From: a virus
Length of the DNA stretch: 47,546 nucleotides
Reading direction: 5' to 3' (one strand)
IMG/VR virus record: IMGVR_UViG_3300028534_000006
Coordinates: 1 to 47,546 of that record
Position numbers and translations under genes: made by a program. Below are positions 10,601 through 17,491 of the stretch, piece by piece. How positions within the stretch are numbered: the stretch's first letter is position 1; every line of letters starts with the position of its first letter. The notes below the pieces were generated by a model. That model worked only from the letters and a program-made list of their open reading frames with translations. It ran no database searches and was not told the origin of the DNA.

Positions 10601-11921
10601 GAAAGGAAATGTTAAAAATAAAGACGAAGTGCTTGAAACTATACGTGGACTTATGCAAAGAGCAGAAGAGTGGTCTGATAAAGCTATAGATGAAGCATTC
10701 AATTACTTAGATAGACAATTTGATGTGTCGGCTAAAGGTAATAAAGTAGATGATACTTATCATGCTGTACAAACTAGAAATTCTAATCCTGCTAATTTTA
10801 CTCAATATGATAATATATTAGCTGACTTAGACATGTTAGTGCTTAATGGTACCAGGAAAATGGACCCTGTGGCTTTGCTAGCATGGCTAAATAAACAAGG
10901 ATATTCAGACAACTACTTAAAAGATATAGGATTTGATGACTTAGTTCTAATGGAAGGCACTAAAGTATCAGTGCCCGCTATTATAACAAGACTAGAAGAC
11001 AAAATGTACTCAGGTAATATGACTAGGACGTACTATGGTACAGAAACACGATTTAGTACTACTATGGATAAAAGCCAACCGTCTAATATTGAGTTGTTAC
11101 CTGCGTTAGAAAATCATTATGAGCGCGTGTTTACTACTGATACTTATGACCTACCTGAGTCTATAACAGAACCTATGGAAACCCACTTTGGCTATTCTGA
11201 CTATAAGTCTCATGCTATATATCGTAATGTTAAATATAATAATGAAAAAGCTGTATATGTACAAGAGTTGCAAAATGACCTACTATCTGCAGGCATGTTT
11301 CCAGATACTGTAGATAAAGCAAAAGCTAAATTAGACAAAGCTATAGCTACAGGTGATGAGCAATTAATTAAGAAAGCTAAACAAGATTATGACTTTGCGG
11401 TAGAAAATGAGCAATTTAAACAGAATCAGTTTGAACGAGAAGATTTAGAAAATGAGCTTGACCGGCTTAACTCTGCTATGCCAAATGAAGACAGTATAGC
11501 GTACTCTGAGTGGGAAGATGAATATATTAATGTGGAACGTCAACTAGCAGAATTAAGTAATGAGAAACCATATGCAACTAAAGATGAAGTACGTAAATAT
11601 GTCGTAGATAAAACAGCTTATATACGTGACGCTATAAATGCTGCTATTAGTGATGCCATGTCTACAGATGCTAGGTATGTAGTACTACCTACTTCAGATG
11701 TAATGATACGTAGATATAATGATGAGCCAGGTAATGCATCTATGTACAAACGGTTGTATGATAAAGACATACCAAAAGTATTACGCAAGTATGCAAAAGC
11801 GCATAATTTAAAGCCGCCGTATAAAGACGGTGAAGTATGGGTTTTAGATATTAAGTCTGTAGCGAACCAAAAACTAGAGAATAAACGTACACAAGCAAAT
11901 GAGTGGTGGTTTAAAATGTAA
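7650..11921 (+). CDS. Very large virion-associated protein (1423 aa), possibly a polyvalent ejected protein.
   Basis: A single uninterrupted ORF directly after the portal. It has a hydrophobic Gly-rich segment (AVVGGVAGMVIPAGASAIG). No catalytic motif could be assigned with confidence. Confidence 0.4.
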   Translation: MEQNNVLPQDVNDQYTVQQDYGFGNKVDIDQHGNPIQPQQQVQQTPEQDTADALYEKMSKYDFQEAWTKYKVFKGTLLKGVSEELQPFVAANLNSIEQHLRNKYRARLRAELKKIPYDSSDRAEAEQLYRDALHRMAGIMPASKVDDYVIDAIGGGTIAAPLRAGRILFNRLTGDTKEANELQVEAKEISDAQKQFGTVSQVGPLEIPLDGNIPAMFIPFNSTVRGWTMLAEAIQADKTVKALGKAQPVLDKLWTAGNLSKVGLARNTAFGAMFAYGYGADWKGAVVGGVAGMVIPAGASAIGKTVSPVITHYLGTDLAKQELNLAKLEKSAGVTKDELTTIYKQYAEDANIDMSELTPADKATALRAKYDNIDRILAAASEYSPQAQRITEQKSKEAVVKVMSKLFDIKHIDDPSPAGLKKAAKEQVEELIADMRTAINQITDDISTYIADFAATSKKVKLDTPVFSDEITGSLRRAIDDMDPKERRVLRSVEKFLDDKPSIDNLADITKLERLIPDNLKARAETTSGMPLESMFNDIAFTHLDEFAYSKYSTMKDAVKLKDWMQSATGLRTIFNSNAPTETKATALRKFMSSDSYAPLTKLLSGKQLEQLEDTAFASLFTKDGILTETGRANFWALYRDARQMHTVTERAAQMKELMAMNAKYIGSSKIRPGTRTEYETGSKGRSSIQEEMQSRAIGHIIASVIQHFPFDYARQTYNIRNGINLLKGERVFDVRSIDDARVLSIMDKALTQQARGLQALNISSDLTYEQLLSKLDSAYFDARSTKTTRAAAEPTFMAKEGNTDIYVPHGAQNEVFNILKTDMKFNIKKPGEYPLKEVVHSKALSESKVWSDLRDYKVVVTPDSPTRVDVHDKKIYYNTSDDNGKLVQEIAHAIDYSDGRRIVGSSVGIEWKNLQKQYPQFADISPEFMANAKWSHQYAVLMQKLGVTSKDQLTPELRKQLKELSPMYKYFTNEGEIRTLVAEKGNVKNKDEVLETIRGLMQRAEEWSDKAIDEAFNYLDRQFDVSAKGNKVDDTYHAVQTRNSNPANFTQYDNILADLDMLVLNGTRKMDPVALLAWLNKQGYSDNYLKDIGFDDLVLMEGTKVSVPAIITRLEDKMYSGNMTRTYYGTETRFSTTMDKSQPSNIELLPALENHYERVFTTDTYDLPESITEPMETHFGYSDYKSHAIYRNVKYNNEKAVYVQELQNDLLSAGMFPDTVDKAKAKLDKAIATGDEQLIKKAKQDYDFAVENEQFKQNQFEREDLENELDRLNSAMPNEDSIAYSEWEDEYINVERQLAELSNEKPYATKDEVRKYVVDKTAYIRDAINAAISDAMSTDARYVVLPTSDVMIRRYNDEPGNASMYKRLYDKDIPKVLRKYAKAHNLKPPYKDGEVWVLDIKSVANQKLENKRTQANEWWFKM

Positions 11922-11947
11922 ATTATTAGACAAATATTAAATATAGG

Positions 11948-12043
11948 TTTTAATTCTAAGGAGTTTTAGGCCTAGGCCCTAGCTAACCCCTTAGATTAAA
12001 ATTTTTGGCCAAATATGGGCTAATATGGACGTCCATATAAGGC
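11948..12043. repeat. Copy A of the three-copy intergenic element (GGCCTAGGCC core plus TATGG repeats).
   Basis: It aligns by eye with 19183-19296 and 32569-32684. It contains the perfect 16-bp palindrome ATATGGACGTCCATAT and lies in the convergent junction between the late block and the minus-strand replication block. Confidence 0.8.
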
Positions 12044-12077
12044 TAAAATCAAATCTATTATAATATAATATTAAGTT

Positions 12078-13319
12078 TCACAAGTAAATTTCCTCATAGT
12101 ACTTACTATTATAATTTTCGCGGTTCTCAGCCACTGTCTTATATACTTGATCACTTATAGCGCCTTTAACTAATGGATAATGCACCACTATTGGGTCTTC
12201 TCTATATAAACCACACTGTCTAGCTCGCCTCTGAATATACTTAACCGTTCTAAAGCTCATGCTATAAACTACTAGTGTATCCATATGAGACAGGTCTACA
12301 CCTTCAGCATATGCGCTACCTTGTAGTATCATAGCCTTAGGAAAAAACTCTCTCAATAGCTCAGCCTCAGCTTGATACTCATGCATAATAACTAGCTTGT
12401 CGCTATCACCAAATGTATCAAGTATCCACTGCGCCTTGAAGGCTATAGATTTTAAAAGTAATGAAACATGGTAAGTCTCACTTTCAGGTATGTATTTTAT
12501 AGTGGCCCCCTCTAGTTGGTGTAGCTTAGTTCTTAGAGACATATCACTATCAGCAAGTATTACATGATTATCTATCTCTAGTACTTTATTACGTTGTAAT
12601 GTATTGTACATTTGCTTGAATACTTCAGGCGGCTCTAAGTAGTGTAATTTATCTGTCGGCTCCTGTGTAAACCCTAACTGAGCTCTTGTATATTTTATAA
12701 ATCCTCTTTCTACGTCAGCAAGTACTAAATCATCTTTTGTCTTAGTACGTATAGTTCTAGGGCCTTGTTTTGTGTATACAATTTCAGGAATACCATAATG
12801 CTCAAACCATTTATAGAAAGTAGTATACTTACGCCAAGGAGACCATGTACACATGTTTATTTGGTTGTATAGCATATAATACCCTTGTGCGCTTGGCGTT
12901 GCTGATATAAATATGATAGGTTTATTTCTCATTACTTGACGCCCTAGCTTAATACGCTCACTCATAGTAGCCCGCTTAGCGCCCTTCTTTTTAGTTCTAG
13001 CTGTACTACCAAAATTATGGGCTTCATCAAGTATCACCATATCATACTTATCACCGTCTACAGTATGTAAACTATCCATGCTAACTATATCATAGTTCTT
13101 AGTTAAAGGCAGATTTTTTAAGTGGTCTTTCCAGCCAGGTATAGCCTTACTTGGGCATATAATTAAGTAGTTCTTATACGCTATGCGCTCACATGCCCAT
13201 AAAGCCATGCCAGATTTTCTAGTACGCTCTTCAGCTACTAAATACGCCCAGCCTAGCTCTTGGAGTATTTCAACTATTTTATTACCTATCTCTTTTTGGT
13301 AGTCTACAAATTCCCACAT
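12078..13319 (-). CDS. SNF2/DEAD-like superfamily 2 helicase.
   Basis: DEAH box (VILDEAHNF), LIICPSKAIPGW, and helicase C-terminal-like motifs (QRRARQ). The ATG at 13319 follows GGAGG and forms a TAATG overlap with the deaminase stop. The track start at 13331 is a TTG. Confidence 0.75.
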   Translation of the reverse strand: MWEFVDYQKEIGNKIVEILQELGWAYLVAEERTRKSGMALWACERIAYKNYLIICPSKAIPGWKDHLKNLPLTKNYDIVSMDSLHTVDGDKYDMVILDEAHNFGSTARTKKKGAKRATMSERIKLGRQVMRNKPIIFISATPSAQGYYMLYNQINMCTWSPWRKYTTFYKWFEHYGIPEIVYTKQGPRTIRTKTKDDLVLADVERGFIKYTRAQLGFTQEPTDKLHYLEPPEVFKQMYNTLQRNKVLEIDNHVILADSDMSLRTKLHQLEGATIKYIPESETYHVSLLLKSIAFKAQWILDTFGDSDKLVIMHEYQAEAELLREFFPKAMILQGSAYAEGVDLSHMDTLVVYSMSFRTVKYIQRRARQCGLYREDPIVVHYPLVKGAISDQVYKTVAENRENYNSKYYEEIYL

Positions 13320-13744
13320 TAGTGCCTCCAATTATGAACTACTGTCACACCATTAGCTGTTAAATACATTAAACCTTTAGAACCAGTACTTGTTAAATTA
13401 GTATAATATACATACTTTATACCTGCTTTAACTAGCTCTTTAGCACAGTTTATGCATGGCGCATGAGTTACATAGGCCGAGCATGCTACTACTGATATAC
13501 CATAAGACTTAGCCATACGTAGAGCATTAATCTCCGCATGTACAACACCAGGCAACGTCTCGCCATGTTCATCTTCACATATATTGTCGACTCCTGGCTC
13601 TGTGCCGTTATATCCAGTAGCAATAATACGTCGGTCACATACTAAAACACAACCTACTTTATGTCGTTTACAGTATGATAACTTCGCTACTTCTTCCGCT
13701 ATATTACCATATGCAATATCAAATCTATTCAAAACTAAACTCAT
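13319..13744 (-). CDS. dCMP deaminase (cytidine/deoxycytidylate deaminase zinc-binding family).
   Basis: HAEINAL ... PCINCAKELVKAGIKYVYY is the H-A-E / P-C-x-x-C zinc signature with the typical dCMP deaminase context (GYNG). Confidence 0.85.
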   Translation of the reverse strand: MSLVLNRFDIAYGNIAEEVAKLSYCKRHKVGCVLVCDRRIIATGYNGTEPGVDNICEDEHGETLPGVVHAEINALRMAKSYGISVVACSAYVTHAPCINCAKELVKAGIKYVYYTNLTSTGSKGLMYLTANGVTVVHNWRH

Positions 13745-14076
13745 AGCATTCCCTCAAATTTTACTATACCTGGTATTTTAAACGGTACGCGCCCGTAAGA
13801 AGTATCTCTTAATACTCGTATTACATCATCTAATGTATTAGTACATATAGCCTGGCCACCAGCTCTTATGACGCCATTTAACCATAAAGCTTGGTGCGCA
13901 TCAGGCTCTGGGCGTCTACCTTCATCTTTTACTTCTATCGCTATATAGCGGCCATAATGGCATACAAGTATATCTGCTATACCATTAGTACTACCGCTAT
14001 GTATTTTGTCTACTTTTGTCATTGAATTAGCTTTTAAATACTTAAGTATCTTTTCTTGTATATCACTTTCAGCCAT
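13741..14076 (-). CDS. VRR-NUC domain nuclease.
   Basis: GIADILVCHYGRYIAIEVK (PD-(D/E)xK-type D...E-V-K) followed by QALWLNGVIRAGGQA is typical of VRR-NUC. The ATG at 14076 follows AGGAG, and I prefer it to the track start at 14100. Confidence 0.7.
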   Translation of the reverse strand: MAESDIQEKILKYLKANSMTKVDKIHSGSTNGIADILVCHYGRYIAIEVKDEGRRPEPDAHQALWLNGVIRAGGQAICTNTLDDVIRVLRDTSYGRVPFKIPGIVKFEGML

Positions 14077-15313
14077 TATCAAACTCCTGCTTATCTTCAC
14101 GTATACACTTAAATACAGGTATAGTTACAGAGCCATCGTCAGTAATTTCATTGTACGTAAGCTCTATAACTTTACCTATTACAGGCTCACGCCAATATTG
14201 CTCTCGTTGAAAATCTGTAAAACCTGTGCCTACTCTAAATTCTAACTGCTTATCATTATAAGTAGCCACGCATATAAATGCACCAAGTCTGCCTGCATGT
14301 TTACCTTCACCTTCAACTATATCTACAATCTTAGCATCTAAAGTTTTAGCTTCTTTAAAACGCATCCAGTCCCAACTACGTTTAAATGAGAACTTATGAT
14401 TTTTAGGTTTTACAACTATGCCTTCAAAGCCTGCGGCTAACTCTTTAGTTAGAAATTCTTGTACATCTTCTTTAGTTGAGCCCTCTTCCATATGTATAGG
14501 AGACATCCAGTCAAAGTTCATAGCTGCAGCAATTGAACGTAGGGATCGTTTGTAGTATGGTGTATTGCACTTTTTAGTTTCCCACTCTTCTTTTGTTAAG
14601 TAATCAAATACTTTAAACTTTAGTTCCTGGCGTTCACTCGCTGTAGCTGTGCCTACTCTACACTTAGTGCATATACCTTGTGTAATTGTGCGTTCACCTA
14701 GTTTACCACACTTAACTATAGCCTCAGTAACTAGTACGCCACCAAAATTAACATCACGTATGTCCTGGCTGTACTCAGGTAAATGTAACTCTTCACCATT
14801 TCTTGTAAAGAACCTATCACCTATAATGTATACATTATTACCATCATACTTACGCTCCATATAAAACTCAGATGGTAACTTACTATAGTCTAAGTCTTTC
14901 GCCTTTTGAACTAGGAACTCAGTTATAAAAGGCTCGCCAAGAGCTGCATTTATAGTTTTAGCGCCTAGAGCTACTCCAGGTATACGACGATTGAAAATTG
15001 AATACGCAATAATACCGTATTCTTTCAGTAAATACTCACAAGTCTCTCTATGGGCATCAGAGCGTGTTTTACTACGTAAGTTTTGCAGTGTATGAAATAA
15101 TAAAGTGCAATCATTATTTATATTTACACGCAGCGCATCAAAGTCTTTCTTATTTACTTTAAAGTTATACTTATAAGTAATAGTATCAAATGTATACTTT
15201 AAAAATTTTTTAACTGACTCTGAGTTTATATGCTGTTTAACTACTGATTTCAAAGCAATAGCACCACTAGCGTTGTGTGCTACGTTTATAAAAGCCATAA
15301 TGTCTTTACACAT
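14069..15313 (-). CDS. ATP-dependent DNA ligase.
   Basis: Adenylation motif I K-x-D-G (ERKYDGNNV), motif IV-like FEGIVVK, and motif V-like WMRFKEAK. C-terminal OB-like region. The RBS AAAGGAG precedes the start. Confidence 0.8.
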   Translation of the reverse strand: MCKDIMAFINVAHNASGAIALKSVVKQHINSESVKKFLKYTFDTITYKYNFKVNKKDFDALRVNINNDCTLLFHTLQNLRSKTRSDAHRETCEYLLKEYGIIAYSIFNRRIPGVALGAKTINAALGEPFITEFLVQKAKDLDYSKLPSEFYMERKYDGNNVYIIGDRFFTRNGEELHLPEYSQDIRDVNFGGVLVTEAIVKCGKLGERTITQGICTKCRVGTATASERQELKFKVFDYLTKEEWETKKCNTPYYKRSLRSIAAAMNFDWMSPIHMEEGSTKEDVQEFLTKELAAGFEGIVVKPKNHKFSFKRSWDWMRFKEAKTLDAKIVDIVEGEGKHAGRLGAFICVATYNDKQLEFRVGTGFTDFQREQYWREPVIGKVIELTYNEITDDGSVTIPVFKCIREDKQEFDNG

Positions 15314-15684
15314 TAGAACTCCTTTCCGTGCTTATATGGTCGCGAGGCATTTAGTTCTGATTTCCATGCTAACTGAGTCTCTATATCTATACCCATAAAT
15401 CCTATTAAATCCATCAGTCTAAGAAGTGTGTCCGCTAGTTCATCTTCAAAAGTGTCTTTCTCACGTAGACCGTACTTATCTTTACGCATTGCCTCAACTG
15501 CTTCACCAACTTCAGACATAATTAGTGCTAGTCGTGTTGCTATAGCGTTATTGTATAATTCTTGATTAAAGTCAGTGTCTGTCTCTACATACTTCATATC
15601 GTCCCAAAAACCTTTTTTAAGCATATTTTTATTATGCTCGTGGCATGCTTTATTAAACCCCTCTGGCAATGTGGCAAATTTCAT
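15313..15684 (-). CDS. MazG-like nucleoside triphosphate pyrophosphohydrolase.
   Basis: MSEVGEAVEAMRK ... EDELADTLLRLMDL matches the E-x-x-E ... E-x-x-D all-alpha MazG signature. Confidence 0.75.
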   Translation of the reverse strand: MKFATLPEGFNKACHEHNKNMLKKGFWDDMKYVETDTDFNQELYNNAIATRLALIMSEVGEAVEAMRKDKYGLREKDTFEDELADTLLRLMDLIGFMGIDIETQLAWKSELNASRPYKHGKEF

Positions 15685-15887
15685 TTTCTCTCCTTATATG
15701 TAAATGCTGTCAATGTTTGTATTGTTTTATCTCGCTGCTTGATAGCCTCATCGCTAGTTATTGTGCCTGTACGCTCTTTATCATATGTTTTGCGTAACAT
15801 AGTAAGTATTAACTCACTACTTGTTAGCGTAGCCAACTCTAACTTAATTGTACCGGGTAGCTTCTTAAATTGGTTTGTACACATCAA
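15681..15887 (-). CDS. Hypothetical protein (68 aa).
   Basis: The ORF is translationally coupled on both sides. No motif recognised. Confidence 0.55.
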   Translation of the reverse strand: MMCTNQFKKLPGTIKLELATLTSSELILTMLRKTYDKERTGTITSDEAIKQRDKTIQTLTAFTYKERK

Positions 15888-16266
15888 TTATAGTCCTCAC
15901 ACTTGTATAGACAGTAAATATTTTCTTATACTCAGTCAAACGAAACTGCTTACACTTTTTACCTAAGTGATCGCTGCGTACAACAAATAATACATCTGGT
16001 TTATAAGCATCTAAAGTACTAATACCAAGATTAACTATAGGCATGCCACTGTCTAGCAACTCTGCTATATCCTGTGGGTTTGTATATACGCCTTTAGCTA
16101 CTTTACGTATAGACGGTGGCAGCATAACTTCTGTATTTTCTGAGCAAATAATCGCAGCATCTTCGCAAAATTGCTTAAGTATAAGCTTATCATCTATAGG
16201 TCTTTTTGGTATCTTGCCATCAACTAGATAGCAATTGTCATATGTCAATAATAATATTCCTACCAT
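15865..16266 (-). CDS. Hypothetical protein (133 aa), with a weak resemblance to the DHFR/RibD_C-like fold.
   Basis: It lies directly downstream of the ThyA-family gene. The pattern is a hydrophobic strand, then G-K-I-P...D..L.K.F....AII.S..T, then ...IVNLG. This is only a loose match, so the function is not claimed. Confidence 0.5.
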   Translation of the reverse strand: MVGILLLTYDNCYLVDGKIPKRPIDDKLILKQFCEDAAIICSENTEVMLPPSIRKVAKGVYTNPQDIAELLDSGMPIVNLGISTLDAYKPDVLFVVRSDHLGKKCKQFRLTEYKKIFTVYTSVRTIIDVYKPI

Positions 16267-16267
16267 A

Positions 16268-17050
16268 TTATGCCTTTAGTTTAAATTTTATTACAGGTTC
16301 ATGCTGATAGTCATACACTCGTAAATCATCAGGTCTAAATAAACCTGTATATGTATACTCATACTTTGGTGGTGTATGCATAGGCCTGTTTAAATATGTA
16401 TATGCATCGTCAAAATGCTCTTTATAGATATGAGTATCAGCTAGTACTAGTTGTACTGAGCCTACTTTTAAATCAGCAGCCGCTGCTATATACAGTAGCA
16501 TTGCTGACGCAAATATAGCGTCTGATGGTAGGCCCACCATAGTGTCCACACTTCTCTGATACCATATCATATGTACTCTGTCGTTATTATCAACGTAAAA
16601 CTGATACAATAAATGACAGCAAGGTAAACTAAGATCTCTACTACTTGGGTCCCACCCAGTAATAATATGGCGCCTGTCCATAGGTCTATATCGTAAGCTG
16701 TCAAGTAGTTGCTCCATTTGATTTATACCGTGAAAGTCATACCACTTATTACCGTAGTCTACTCTAATACTACCATCTTCATCAGCCCAGTCTTTCCAAT
16801 AATTACAGCCCCACTTCTCAAAATCGTTTATATGCTTTGGCTGCCTAAGCATTGCTGCCAACTCACCAAGTACACCTTTGTAAAACATCTTACGGCCTGT
16901 AAGTACTGGTATATACCCTGCCGATAAATCAAATGTTATACCGGCACCAAATATTGCTTTTGTTACACCATTACGTGTATGACGTGTTTCACCGTGCTGC
17001 AAAACATGCTGAACTAAATTTCTATAATGCGCTTCAAATGCTACTGCCAT
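16268..17050 (-). CDS. ThyA-family pyrimidine C5 (hydroxy)methylase with Asp at the Asn177-equivalent position. I predict it acts on dCMP.
   Basis: It aligns without gaps to E. coli ThyA from YQRS to DTH. Conserved features are LPCCH (catalytic Cys), DRRH, YWKDWADEDG, YGNKW and ADTHIY. The specificity position reads GLPSDAI instead of GLPFNIA (Asp177, GAC at 16520-16522). Confidence 0.7.
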   Translation of the reverse strand: MAVAFEAHYRNLVQHVLQHGETRHTRNGVTKAIFGAGITFDLSAGYIPVLTGRKMFYKGVLGELAAMLRQPKHINDFEKWGCNYWKDWADEDGSIRVDYGNKWYDFHGINQMEQLLDSLRYRPMDRRHIITGWDPSSRDLSLPCCHLLYQFYVDNNDRVHMIWYQRSVDTMVGLPSDAIFASAMLLYIAAAADLKVGSVQLVLADTHIYKEHFDDAYTYLNRPMHTPPKYEYTYTGLFRPDDLRVYDYQHEPVIKFKLKA

Positions 17051-17370
17051 TAAAAATCCTTCTGTACAATATTATGCCATTCATCTATAGTATCATCTTG
17101 TTCAAGCCAAATGAGAAAAGCCAAATTAGTTATTGCATGTGATAAATGTGATAACCCTGACTCTCTATCAGTTAACTCACCAGCACGCCATGCTTCTAAA
17201 TGGCGATATAATGCATCTAAGTACCTATTTTCAGCGTCTTCAACTAACTGCCAGTTGTTAGGACCATACTTCTCAGCACCAAAAGTAAGTACTTTAGCCA
17301 TTTCTCTTGTAACTACAGGCGGGATTAACCCATACCGTAGTTTGCCTTTATCGTATTTAATACCTTCCAC
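17050..17370 (-). CDS. All-alpha dNTP pyrophosphohydrolase of the dATP/dGTP diphosphohydrolase (MazZ-like, DUF5664) family.
   Basis: DKGKLRYGLIPP...VLTFGAEKYGPNNW...RHLEAW..GE..D.ESGLSHLSHAITNLAFL matches my recollection of this phage family. GTG start after AAGGAG. Confidence 0.6.
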   Translation of the reverse strand: MEGIKYDKGKLRYGLIPPVVTREMAKVLTFGAEKYGPNNWQLVEDAENRYLDALYRHLEAWRAGELTDRESGLSHLSHAITNLAFLIWLEQDDTIDEWHNIVQKDF

Positions 17371-17491
17371 TTGCTCTCCTTAGTATATTCACAATACCAT
17401 ACTTAGCTCTAGCTAATTTATAAGCTGTGTGGCTATTGCTAGCTCTAATAGCGCCTAAATACTTATGCCCTATGAACGCGTGAAATATCAT
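17357..17491 (-). CDS. Possible small basic protein (44 aa), below the ORF-track size cut-off.
   Basis: It fills the 17371-17487 gap. Its ATG overlaps the stop of the exonuclease gene (ATGA). The translation is MIFHAFIGHKYLGAIRASNSHTAYKLARAKYGIVNILRRASGRY. Confidence 0.4.
   Translation of the reverse strand: MIFHAFIGHKYLGAIRASNSHTAYKLARAKYGIVNILRRASGRY

Noticed and set aside
17050-17370. The MazZ-like pyrophosphohydrolase could indicate a 2-aminoadenine (Z-base) genome.
   Set aside because: A Z-genome needs a PurZ (adenylosuccinate-synthetase-like) gene, and DatZ usually accompanies it. No ORF here has PurA/PurZ-like size or motifs. The 414-aa ORF is clearly a DNA ligase (KYDG). This pyrophosphohydrolase family is also widespread in phages without Z.
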